A stretch of DNA of 64,000 bases, taken from IMG/VR virus record IMGVR_UViG_3300049793_000366, positions 62,001 to 126,000 of that record, one strand, 5' to 3'. The notes beneath the pieces are model-generated. The model was not told the origin of the DNA and made no database searches. It saw only the letters and a program-made list of their open reading frames with translations. Of this stretch, positions 47,615 to 56,223 are shown piece after piece. Numbering within the stretch: position 1 is the first letter of the stretch; every line of letters starts with the position of its first letter. Made by a program: the position numbers and the translations under genes.

Positions 47615-48130
47615 ATGAAAGATATCCAAAACATAATAGTATTTGACTTCGATAAAACTCTTATATACACAGTTGAAAGAGAAGAAGGTGAGAAGTTATA
47701 TAAGCAAGCTACTGGTAGAGACTGGGAGCATAAAGGGTGGTGGAGTCGTAAGGAAACGCTTGATATCGATATATTCTATCCCGTTAAGAATGAATGGGTT
47801 TACAAAAAATACCTTGAGGCTAAAGCTATGCCGAACACTATCATAATTCTTATGACTGGTCGTATTCTTCCATTAGAAGATGCTGTTATGAAGATATTAA
47901 ACCATCACGAGTTTGAGTTTGACCGCGTTTTCTGCTGTGATCCTCGTCAGGGTGGTGGTCACCCAATGGGCGCAACTTATGGCTTTAAGCTTAAAAAGTT
48001 TGAATCTTTGCTTCGTGAGTTCCCATATGCGAACCTAACTATGTATGACGATAGAACTGAACACGTTTTGGAATTCCAAAAGTGGGCAAGAACAACTAAA
48101 AGAAATATAGAAATTGTACACGTTAAATAA
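47615..48130 (+). CDS. HAD phosphatase resembling the 'Swiss Army Knife' RNA-repair HAD family
   Basis: VFDFDKTL, WWSRKETLD, ILMTGR, FK..F..LL and MYDDRTEH. Confidence 0.75.
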   Translation: MKDIQNIIVFDFDKTLIYTVEREEGEKLYKQATGRDWEHKGWWSRKETLDIDIFYPVKNEWVYKKYLEAKAMPNTIIILMTGRILPLEDAVMKILNHHEFEFDRVFCCDPRQGGGHPMGATYGFKLKKFESLLREFPYANLTMYDDRTEHVLEFQKWARTTKRNIEIVHVK

Positions 48131-48240
48131 TGAATCACAACGAGAAATTATTTATAATAATATTGTTCGTTTTGGGCATGGGTTATTTGATAATAACTGG
48201 TTTCATGTTTATAATTGATATTTTACATCGTATTTTATAA
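48130..48240 (+). CDS. Small membrane protein (36 aa)
   Basis: Not in the ORF track. The ATG overlaps the previous TAA and gives MNHNEKLFIIILFVLGMGYLIITGFMFIIDILHRIL. Confidence 0.45.
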   Translation: MNHNEKLFIIILFVLGMGYLIITGFMFIIDILHRIL

Positions 48241-48299
48241 CAAACAAATCAATTAAAAAGTAATATATAATCAACAAAATAAGATAAAAATCAAAAGAA

Positions 48300-48578
48300 A
48301 TGACAATAACTAAAGAAAAGAAGGATGCGAGTGTAAAGGAAACAACCGCGCATACTAAAAAACTTGTGTTACACAATGATGATTTCAACTCATTCGACCA
48401 TGTTATCGACTCACTCGTACAAGTGTGTGGACACCAGAGTGAGCAGGCAACGCAGTGTGCCTATATTGTTCACTATAAAGGTGAGTGTGATGTTAAATTA
48501 GGTGACGAAGAGACACTTTCTCTTATGAAAGATAAGCTGGTATTCAGAGGTCTTTCTGTTACCTTAGAAGATAATTAA
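48300..48578 (+). CDS. clpS: ClpS N-degron adaptor
   Basis: LVLHNDDFNSFDHVIDSLVQVC...QA.QCAYIVHYKG. Confidence 0.88.
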   Translation: MTITKEKKDASVKETTAHTKKLVLHNDDFNSFDHVIDSLVQVCGHQSEQATQCAYIVHYKGECDVKLGDEETLSLMKDKLVFRGLSVTLEDN

Positions 48579-48579
48579 T

Positions 48580-49365
48580 ATGAATGACAAAGAACTCCTA
48601 TTATCAATTTTAAATGCACCAGATCCATCAGCAGAGCTTATTAAGCTTGATGAATCTGGTGTACTTGATAAATTATTGCCCGAACTTACGGCATTAAAGG
48701 GAGTTGATTCTATTGATGGCCAACAACATAAAGATAACTTCGCACATACTTTACAGGTTTTAAAACAAACTGCTGAAGTATCACAGAATCCTTATCTAAG
48801 ATTAGTTGCCATTCTACACGATGCTGGTAAAGCACCAACCAAAAGATTCGATAAAGAGAGAGGATGGACATTTCACGACCATGAAAATGTAAGTGCTAAA
48901 ATGTCTGTTAAATTATTCAACAGATTAAACCTCGATATTGAAAATCTTGACTATGTTTCTACAATAATAAAATTTCATGGTATAACCAAAGCTCTTACTG
49001 AGCCAGGTGTTACTGACACTGCTATCAAACGATTCTATAATGAATTGGGTGAGTATGTGAGTGATTTATTATTATTTTGTAGTTGTGATATGACCACTAA
49101 ATCAGAAGCTAAACGTCTTAGATTTAGAAAAAGTCTAATAGAACTACACGAGAGAATTACTTCGATTAAGGAATCAGAAGAAGCTAAATTATGGAGGTCA
49201 CCAATCACTGGTGATTTTATCATGAAGGAGCTTGATATAAAGCCTTCTAAGAGGTTGGGTAATATTAAGTCTGAGATAGAACGTGCTATCAAAGCAAATG
49301 AAGTAGAGGATAATTTTGAATCTGCTTACAAGTATTTGTATCTTATCAAAGATAAGTTTCCTTAG
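48580..49365 (+). CDS. HD-domain protein corresponding to the C-terminal half of HD-type CCA-adding enzymes
   Basis: LLPEL...HKDNFAHTLQV...AILHDAGKAPT...FHDHE...A, SPITGDFIMKEL.IKP...LG.IK; no nucleotidyltransferase head. Confidence 0.8.
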   Translation: MNDKELLLSILNAPDPSAELIKLDESGVLDKLLPELTALKGVDSIDGQQHKDNFAHTLQVLKQTAEVSQNPYLRLVAILHDAGKAPTKRFDKERGWTFHDHENVSAKMSVKLFNRLNLDIENLDYVSTIIKFHGITKALTEPGVTDTAIKRFYNELGEYVSDLLLFCSCDMTTKSEAKRLRFRKSLIELHERITSIKESEEAKLWRSPITGDFIMKELDIKPSKRLGNIKSEIERAIKANEVEDNFESAYKYLYLIKDKFP

Positions 49366-49379
49366 TAATTTTTCTTTTT

Positions 49380-49706
49380 ATGACACCACAACAAATCCAA
49401 TTACAGCTACTTAAGCTGTGTCCTAAATTTAATAATAACGCTGATGATATTATCAGAAGCCTTATTGATAATGAACCATATTGGGATTCAATGATTGTGG
49501 ATAATGATTTGATGGTTAAATTAAGAGATTTGGGTACTGGTATCTGGAATGCTGATACTATTTATATAATGACTCACCACCGCGATGTGATGGAGCCAGT
49601 TGTAGAAAGCTGGAATCCCTCTGCCTGGGAATGGATTTCAAATCCGGATGATTTCTTAGGTGGTGCTGATGTAGATTGTCAGGTTGTTAAAGTATGGTTC
49701 GATTAA
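49380..49706 (+). CDS. Hypothetical protein
   Basis: 108-aa ORF in an operon-like run. Confidence 0.55.
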   Translation: MTPQQIQLQLLKLCPKFNNNADDIIRSLIDNEPYWDSMIVDNDLMVKLRDLGTGIWNADTIYIMTHHRDVMEPVVESWNPSAWEWISNPDDFLGGADVDCQVVKVWFD

Positions 49707-49716
49707 TAAGAAATAT

Positions 49717-49896
49717 ATGATATCAAATAACTTTTTAGACGAAATGACTAAGCTTGGTTATAGCGTCCATATTGATGTAGATGAAAAAATAAAAATAATT
49801 AAGGACAATCAGGAAATAATCCTTAGCTTTGAAAAAATTAGACGCATTTTTTTAAATGCTTTAGTGTCACACATAGATAACGCAAAAGATGTATAA
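49717..49896 (+). CDS. Hypothetical protein
   Basis: Probable start MISNNF. Confidence 0.45.
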   Translation: MISNNFLDEMTKLGYSVHIDVDEKIKIIKDNQEIILSFEKIRRIFLNALVSHIDNAKDV

Positions 49897-50197
49897 GTTC
49901 GAACCAGATGAAATTAGAGACTTTAAAATCATTGATATCAATGGTGGTCTCAAAAAGAAAGTCAAACTTACTTTAGTTGGATTAGATGGTAATGCTCACA
50001 ATTTAATTGGTAAGTTTCAATTAGCCGCTAAGAAAGCTGGGTGGTCAAAAGAAGATGTTAATTTCGTAGTTTGGAAAGCAACATCTGGTAATTATGATAA
50101 TCTTCTTGCTACTCTGATGGAATATTCATCGGATCCATTTGGTTCAGACGATGATGATATCGTCTATGTAGATGGTCAACCTTATAAAAAGATGTAA
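49889..50197 (+). CDS. Hypothetical protein
   Basis: LVGLDGNAHNLIG...A.K.GW....SGNYDNLL motif, which I recall from other small phage proteins. Confidence 0.6.
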   Translation: MYKFEPDEIRDFKIIDINGGLKKKVKLTLVGLDGNAHNLIGKFQLAAKKAGWSKEDVNFVVWKATSGNYDNLLATLMEYSSDPFGSDDDDIVYVDGQPYKKM

Positions 50198-50198
50198 A

Positions 50199-50657
50199 AT
50201 GGTAATGGAGATAACAGTATTGGTTTTATGTTTGTCGTTATTAGTCATGTCGTTTCTTGCCGTGAAGCAATATGGTAACAACCTACACCTGAGAGAAGAG
50301 AACGAATTATTAAAGAAGGAAGTCACTAAAAGCAAAACAGATAAGGATTATCTCGTTTCTATTGACCCTGGTGATAGAGCTATCATTCCTAACTATTCTT
50401 TGGTATACGCAAAGGGTGAAAAAGATGAACATCATTTCGAAGTAACATATGAAGTGGAGATAGTAGAAGTATCTCTTGATAAAGTAAAAGTTAAAGCAAC
50501 TGGATTAACAACACACGATAGTAAAATAAATAACGAGCCGTCACGCCGGGCATCATGTATAGCATTTATGCAGGACAAATGGATAAGCAGAAAAAGTATA
50601 GAATTAGTGGTGGATGACACAATGCGAAGAGATGCAAAATTACAACAATTATTATAG
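50199..50657 (+). CDS. N-anchored membrane protein
   Basis: Hydrophobic N-terminus VLVLCLSLLVMSFLAV; ends RDAKLQQLL. Confidence 0.55.
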   Translation: MVMEITVLVLCLSLLVMSFLAVKQYGNNLHLREENELLKKEVTKSKTDKDYLVSIDPGDRAIIPNYSLVYAKGEKDEHHFEVTYEVEIVEVSLDKVKVKATGLTTHDSKINNEPSRRASCIAFMQDKWISRKSIELVVDDTMRRDAKLQQLL

Positions 50658-50678
50658 TAATTTATGCTTAGGAAGCAA

Positions 50679-50706
50679 CAACTATTTTATAAATAATTAC
50701 TATAAT
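50679..50706 (+). promoter_or_regulatory. Candidate autoregulatory ECF promoter
   Basis: CAACTA-N16-TATAAT upstream of the ECF sigma gene. Confidence 0.55.
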
Positions 50707-50757
50707 AGTAATAACGGCAATTGAGGTAATCAAAAATTAAAAAATTAACGGCAATTT

Positions 50758-51378
50758 ATGAATTTAGACGGCAATCTAGTTGAATTTTCTGAACAAGAAA
50801 CTCTTTTCAGAGAGCGAACAGGGAACGATTTCGCATTCTTTTACAAGAAATATTACCCAAAACTTATTTACTACACATCCAAAATGTGTAATGATCCTCA
50901 AGAAGCAGAGGATGTATCTACCGAATCTTTTATGGTAGCTCTTCAAAAAATCGACAAGTACGAGAAAGACAAAGCACAATTTTCCACTTGGTTATTTACG
51001 ATAGCTCGAAACCTTATGTTACAAAATTTAAAAAGCAAGAAAAAGTTTGTATCAATGGATTACGAGATTGATGAAGAGGGAACAACAATGAAAGACTTTA
51101 TCCAAGAACCACATCAAGAGGGTTCTCATTCAGATGAACAGTTCTATGAGCTTTTTGATAAAAAGGCTGAGATTCTGAAAAAACACATCGATAAGCTTGA
51201 ACCAATTTACCGTACGGTTATTGAAATGAGAGAGCTTAAAAAAATGCCCTACAAGGACATCGCGGTTATACTTAATCTGAATGAAAATACAGTTAAGTCG
51301 CAGATACGCAATGGGCGAATAAAACTACAGAAAATGGTCAAGAAAGAATTTGATGTTCTTGACGAAATGTTCACGTAG
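50758..51378 (+). CDS. ECF-type (RpoE-like) sigma-70 factor
   Basis: Region 2 EAEDVSTESF...FSTWLFTIARN; region 4 PYKDIAVILNLNENTVKSQIRNGRIKL. Confidence 0.9.
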   Translation: MNLDGNLVEFSEQETLFRERTGNDFAFFYKKYYPKLIYYTSKMCNDPQEAEDVSTESFMVALQKIDKYEKDKAQFSTWLFTIARNLMLQNLKSKKKFVSMDYEIDEEGTTMKDFIQEPHQEGSHSDEQFYELFDKKAEILKKHIDKLEPIYRTVIEMRELKKMPYKDIAVILNLNENTVKSQIRNGRIKLQKMVKKEFDVLDEMFT

Positions 51379-51407
51379 TATATTGATTACCTCCGTTAGT
51401 TATGAGA

Positions 51408-51439
51408 ATAGCCTCGACCAAAATCGGGGCTTATTTTTT
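51408..51439 (+). terminator. Intrinsic terminator
   Basis: AGCCTCGA-CCAAAA-TCGGGGCT followed by a T-tract. Confidence 0.7.
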
Positions 51440-51440
51440 G

Positions 51441-51468
51441 CAACTTATTACTATATACTCACTATAAT
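51441..51468 (+). promoter_or_regulatory. Candidate middle promoter of thioredoxin
   Basis: CAACTT-N16-TATAAT. Confidence 0.6.
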
Positions 51469-51492
51469 TTAAACAAAAATAATATTCAAATA

Positions 51493-51819
51493 ATGGTTGC
51501 ATTTATAACAGAATTAAACAACACAAACTATAATGACTTCATTAAAAATGATGTAGTATTAGTTGATATTTGGGCGCAGTGGTGTGGTCCTTGTAAACAA
51601 ATAAGTCCTATAGTTGATGAAATATCAATCGACTTTAAAGATAGAGTATTCGTTGGTAAACTTGATGCTGATGCTGATGATAACAAAGAAATTCTTGCTG
51701 AACTTGGTGTTAGAAATATTCCTACAATTTTAATTTTCAAAAACGGTGTTATCGTAGATAAGAGTGTTGGTATGGTTTCTAAAACTGCTTTAGAAGATTT
51801 GCTTAATAAGCATTTATAG
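51493..51819 (+). CDS. trxA: Thioredoxin
   Basis: WAQWCGPCK active site and VRNIPT. Confidence 0.95.
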   Translation: MVAFITELNNTNYNDFIKNDVVLVDIWAQWCGPCKQISPIVDEISIDFKDRVFVGKLDADADDNKEILAELGVRNIPTILIFKNGVIVDKSVGMVSKTALEDLLNKHL

Positions 51820-51838
51820 TATTATATTAAATTGGGTG

Positions 51839-51928
51839 GCTCCCTTGAGTAGAAATACTCCTAAATACGAAAGTATAGAATAGTTAAGGCTGACCTTTAA
51901 GCATCCATCGAAAGATTATACAGGGGGC
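51839..51928 (+). ncRNA. Candidate structured ncRNA (five-way junction)
   Basis: Closing stem GCTCCCT/AGGGGGC encloses GAGTA-GAAA-TACTC, ATAC-GAAA-GTAT, TTAAGG-CTGA-CCTT(T)AA and ATC-GAAA-GAT. Confidence 0.6.
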
Positions 51929-51991
51929 GAAAAATTTAGTATAGTGAAAGAAAGAACCGTAATTGGTTCTTTTTTTATTTATATATACTAC

Positions 51992-52282
51992 ATGAAACAT
52001 CTAAGAAGATTTAACGAAGAGGTAATAAATGCGGAAGAACACAAGATAAAGTTCAGTTGTGATTTTGATCCAAGTTATAGTAAAATGATTTTAGATGCTG
52101 CTGAATCTGCTGGTGTAGACCTAATGGTTCCAGAGGGAGTTAAAAGAAGATATGTAGAAGAAATGCTACATATGTTAATGACCGATTATATCGAGGTTAT
52201 GATGCAGGAAACATTAAACGAATGGGTAGACCACAATGAATCCACTTTCGAAGATGTTATGAAACAAGTTTCTGCTGAATAA
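51992..52282 (+). CDS. Small protein with capsid-targeting-like leader
   Basis: Probable start MKHLRRFNEE, directly after TATATATA. Confidence 0.6.
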   Translation: MKHLRRFNEEVINAEEHKIKFSCDFDPSYSKMILDAAESAGVDLMVPEGVKRRYVEEMLHMLMTDYIEVMMQETLNEWVDHNESTFEDVMKQVSAE

Positions 52283-52774
52283 TTACTTACCTAAGTAATT
52301 CATTAATTCAATAATATTCTTGATTGTATATTGAAGTGATTCTAAGTTCTTAGAACAAGCTCTTAAGAATTCAATGTGAACATCAATAATTTGAATATTT
52401 CTCTCGTTCTCACCAAGATGTCCATCAATAAGAATTGATTTCTCACCCATGTTAGTTTTCAACCCAACACCAGTTGCGTAAAATAAGAACTTATCCTGTT
52501 TAATTTTCTTAAGCTTAACTTCTTCTTTGGATCTTCTGTTTAGGTAGAAGGAAATTTCCTCATTTATTGTTTGACGATAGTTAAGAGCATTCGATTGCAT
52601 TTCCATTATTTTCTTGGAATTACCAGCATTGAAATCAGATTTTAATACTTCATAAAGAGGGTTTATGTTTTCGTTCCAAATGCTTCTCTTCTTGGAGAAG
52701 AATTCTTCCAATTTATCATTTGTTTCGCTAGCCTTATTTATTCTATCGATTTCTTCTGGTGTATATACGTTCAT
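52283..52774 (-). CDS. Possible UvsY-like recombination mediator
   Basis: All-helical 163 aa ending EFL...KNLESLQYTIKNIIEL, resembling the UvsY C-terminus. Confidence 0.45.
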   Translation of the reverse strand: MNVYTPEEIDRINKASETNDKLEEFFSKKRSIWNENINPLYEVLKSDFNAGNSKKIMEMQSNALNYRQTINEEISFYLNRRSKEEVKLKKIKQDKFLFYATGVGLKTNMGEKSILIDGHLGENERNIQIIDVHIEFLRACSKNLESLQYTIKNIIELMNYLGK

Positions 52775-52809
52775 AAGTAATTTTATTATTTAAAAGTTAA
52801 AAGTTTTTA

Positions 52810-54216
52810 TTAATTATCCTCTTCTTCATCTTCTTCTGGTACATCATCGTAGCTCTCATCTGCGCCCTGCCATGTACCATTCGTAGAATTAAGAACATAG
52901 TCGTAGTCAAAGCCAGAATCGTTTGTTAGCATAAGTACATCTCTATTATCAGTTAGGTAACACAATGTATCTAAATACGGATAATAAGTACCATCCATAT
53001 CATTATCAAGACTTACTCTCAATATAGCATTTGGTAGTTGTTCATTGTCTTTACATATCGACTTAGTATTATCCTTATATGACCATCCGTTTTTAATTGC
53101 GTAATTGATGAATAGCTTTTCATCAGAGTCATTTATTGAATAAATTCTATCCATAAATACACCCTCGATTGATATATCTTTTAATTCGTCTTCAGTAGAT
53201 ATATCATCTAAATACCAAAGTAATGCTCTACCCACGATTTTATCTTCTTTGGTTACTAAGATGAGCATTTTTACTTGCCCTGGATTATTAGTGTATATTG
53301 AGAAATACTTCTGACATCTATTTAATCTCATACACGAGTTCCATAAAGTACCCTTGTGTATTCTATTTTCATAACCATGATATGTAGAATAGTGGTAGTA
53401 TTTAGCAACATCATCACCTTCTACTATTTTAAACTCTACACCGATTTCATCCAAGTTTAATTCTTTTCTTAATGCTAAAAATTCATTTACGAACTTCTCA
53501 ATATCAGAGTCAGTGAATGTTGGTGTACCATCAAATGTAACAGTACCTTCTACTAATACAGGTCTTGACTTTATAAACGTAAGTGGTTCATATTTATAAT
53601 CAACCATTGCTATGTTTTTACCATTATAGAATCTATATTTAGACCAGATTTGTTCAGTTGTAGTTATTGATTCTGCTTTAGCCTCTACATTTATTTGTTG
53701 ACTATCAACTTCATCAATATTACCATTCTCGATATTAAGCTCACCTATTAGTTTACCAGACATCCTTAGTTTACCGTTAAGTTTAATCAGAGCATTTATA
53801 AACTTAATATCATCTTTTGATAATTGGTCTGCGCTATTTAATATTACTTTATTATTATCATAGAAGTAAAACTGACCAGTATAGGTAAAGGTTAATTTAT
53901 TAGTCTTTAAATCAGTGATTATTTTACGAACTAATCTACCAGTTTTGATTGACTGTCTCCTACTATCTTCGAAGTTTGCTAACCAGTCAATTGTGTCTAC
54001 ACGATTCTTTGCTAAGAATGATAATTCAGTTAGGTTAGAACCTAAGTCAATATAATCAGTTGAAAAAATAAAGGCATCTCTGCTTATTCTTATTTTCATA
54101 AGAAACTCAGCTATCTTATCCTTTTTAGCTTTTAATATCTCTAAAATACCATATAAGTCGGTAGACATCTCCAACTCTTCATTGATGCTATTAAATTTAT
54201 TAAAGTTTGTAATCAT
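52810..54216 (-). CDS. Leader-bearing paralog of 37876-39426
   Basis: MITNFNKFNSINEE; IKTGRLVRKI, TDSDIEKFVNEF, WNSCMR, QVKMLIL, VGRALLW and FMDRIY. Confidence 0.75.
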   Translation of the reverse strand: MITNFNKFNSINEELEMSTDLYGILEILKAKKDKIAEFLMKIRISRDAFIFSTDYIDLGSNLTELSFLAKNRVDTIDWLANFEDSRRQSIKTGRLVRKIITDLKTNKLTFTYTGQFYFYDNNKVILNSADQLSKDDIKFINALIKLNGKLRMSGKLIGELNIENGNIDEVDSQQINVEAKAESITTTEQIWSKYRFYNGKNIAMVDYKYEPLTFIKSRPVLVEGTVTFDGTPTFTDSDIEKFVNEFLALRKELNLDEIGVEFKIVEGDDVAKYYHYSTYHGYENRIHKGTLWNSCMRLNRCQKYFSIYTNNPGQVKMLILVTKEDKIVGRALLWYLDDISTEDELKDISIEGVFMDRIYSINDSDEKLFINYAIKNGWSYKDNTKSICKDNEQLPNAILRVSLDNDMDGTYYPYLDTLCYLTDNRDVLMLTNDSGFDYDYVLNSTNGTWQGADESYDDVPEEDEEEDN

Positions 54217-55001
54217 TAGTTAAATCTATTATTGAACTTCAAAAGTCTCTTTGAAGCATTTTTAAGTGGTGTTCTTTTAAATATTTGTTCCGACTCTCTA
54301 TTCCATTCGATAATGTCATCCAAAAGAGTACTGTTTATTTTATCTATCAATTCCTTATAATCCATTACACCAAAGTGTTCTATTCTCTTAAACATACTTT
54401 GACCGTTACCAATAGTTTCGATTTTATATGACATTGTATATTCATCGATTTTATTAACACCGATTAATATTTCAATTATAAAAGAAACAACATCAGACTC
54501 AGTAAACTTTACTGTATCATCTTTCTTAAGCCATAATTCTTTTTCGCTACCAAATGGAGAAAGCTCATCTATGAATGGAGCATCCCATTTTAATTTATAA
54601 AGTAAATTCTCAACCGGGCTTAATTTATCAACCGCGGTCTTTATTAATTCTTTCTTGTCAATATTACCGCTCAAGAAGTCTATTTCTTGACTATTCTTAA
54701 GTTCTTCTGTATCAAATAGCTCAGATAATCTTTTATCTTCATTCCATTCAACTCTTTTAACATCCTCAAGGTTTACATAGTGTGGGTTACCCTCTATCTT
54801 AACACCTATTCTACCATCTTCGATATCGAATGGTGTCAATGGTTCTTTCTCCCAATTTTCATTATCAGAATATTCAGATACTATTTCTGAATATATAACT
54901 CCGCCGGCTTTGATACAATCAACTATATCTTGCTCGGTGATATTGTTGACTTTGTAGTTCTCATTAATGAAACTATTAAAACTCTTTATCTTTTTCATCA
55001 T
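54216..55001 (-). CDS. Hypothetical protein with capsid-targeting-like leader
   Basis: Probable start MMKKIKSFNSFINEN, after TATATATA at 55007-55014. Confidence 0.6.
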   Translation of the reverse strand: MMKKIKSFNSFINENYKVNNITEQDIVDCIKAGGVIYSEIVSEYSDNENWEKEPLTPFDIEDGRIGVKIEGNPHYVNLEDVKRVEWNEDKRLSELFDTEELKNSQEIDFLSGNIDKKELIKTAVDKLSPVENLLYKLKWDAPFIDELSPFGSEKELWLKKDDTVKFTESDVVSFIIEILIGVNKIDEYTMSYKIETIGNGQSMFKRIEHFGVMDYKELIDKINSTLLDDIIEWNRESEQIFKRTPLKNASKRLLKFNNRFN

Positions 55002-55031
55002 ATATCTATATATAAAATATATTAACATAAA

Positions 55032-56174
55032 ATGCTGGATGTAACTAAACAATGGATCGAAAACACACCGAAAGAATACAGAAAGAAATTCGGTCAATAT
55101 TTTACCCCTTCTCAAATAAGAAGTAGGCTATTCGAACTTTTACCAAAAATGGAGAATGCCTTAGTGCTTGAACCAGCTATTGGAACTGGTGAGTTTGTAG
55201 AAGACATACAACAGAATTTAAAAGGTTGTACGATAAATGGTTGTGATATAGATCCTGAAATAATTAAGAATGTATCACCGAGCATCCCTGTTAAATGTAT
55301 GTCATTCCTTGACATGAAAGCTGAATCGATATATGATTACGTTATTACTAACCCACCATATTATGAATTTACATTAGATGAGTCTACTAAAGAGAAATTC
55401 AATTATGTAGTTGATGGTAGAGTAAATATTTACTCTCTTTTCATAAAACATTCTATTGATTTCTTAAAGCCAGGTGGTTATTTAGCATTTGTGGTTCCTA
55501 CGTCAATGAATAATGGTAGATACTTCGAAAGACTTAGAAGCTATATAATGAATAATTGTGAGATTGAACACATTGAACTATTTAACAGTAGAAACTTTAT
55601 TGATGCTCAACAGAATGTACAGATTGTTATTCTTAGAAAAGCTTTAAATACTGGTAAGAATATATTTTCTAAAAATGGGCTTATTATATTTACACCTGAC
55701 TGGCAGAAACTTTCAAGTTACTATAAAGACAGTAAATCGATTAAAGAACTTGGATATGCGGTAAAAACTGGTAGTGTTGATTGGTCTAAGAATAAAGAGA
55801 AGCTAATCAACGATTCAAGTTACACGAAGTTAATCTGGTCTCATAATATTAAAAGAGGTAGTATAACACTTAGTACCAATAATGATAAGAAGCCTCAGTA
55901 TATAAATGCTCATGGTATAGAAGGCCCAGCAATAGTAGTCAATAGAATTACGGGTGCTGTTGGTAAAGGTGCTATCAAAGCTGGTATTGTTACTGGACGA
56001 TTTTTAGCTGAAAATCACGTAAATGTGATTACTCCGACTAACCCTCAATGTGAACTTAGTGTGATTTTGAAGTCCTTATGTGACCCAAGAACAGTTGAGT
56101 TATTACAGATGATAACTGGTAATACCCAGCTTTCTAAGACAGAATTAGAAAATTTAATACCAATTCGTATATAA
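55032..56174 (+). CDS. Solitary amino (N6-adenine-type) DNA methyltransferase, TaqI/Eco57I-like
   Basis: FGQYFTP, LEPAIGTG, NPPY, NIYSLF, GGYLAFVVP and a C-terminal target-recognition-like region. Confidence 0.85.
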   Translation: MLDVTKQWIENTPKEYRKKFGQYFTPSQIRSRLFELLPKMENALVLEPAIGTGEFVEDIQQNLKGCTINGCDIDPEIIKNVSPSIPVKCMSFLDMKAESIYDYVITNPPYYEFTLDESTKEKFNYVVDGRVNIYSLFIKHSIDFLKPGGYLAFVVPTSMNNGRYFERLRSYIMNNCEIEHIELFNSRNFIDAQQNVQIVILRKALNTGKNIFSKNGLIIFTPDWQKLSSYYKDSKSIKELGYAVKTGSVDWSKNKEKLINDSSYTKLIWSHNIKRGSITLSTNNDKKPQYINAHGIEGPAIVVNRITGAVGKGAIKAGIVTGRFLAENHVNVITPTNPQCELSVILKSLCDPRTVELLQMITGNTQLSKTELENLIPIRI

Positions 56175-56188
56175 ATTGTCCGGAATAT

Positions 56189-56219
56189 TTTGATATATAA
56201 CTGAAATTCACTATATTTG
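56189..56219 (+). promoter_or_regulatory. Bacteroidota promoter with an embedded late-like motif
   Basis: TTTG (56189-56192)-N19-TATATTTG (56212-56219); GATATATA at 56192-56199. Confidence 0.75.
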
Positions 56220-56223
56220 TGGT

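Noticed and set aside
51922-51945. tmRNA 5' end (GGGGGCG...)
   Set aside because: No GG(A/T)TTCGAC after it and no matching T-arm/acceptor 3' end nearby. The G-run pairs upstream with GCTCCCT.
55032-56174. Complete restriction-modification system
   Set aside because: No adjacent endonuclease. It appears to be a solitary protective methyltransferase, which is common in large phages.
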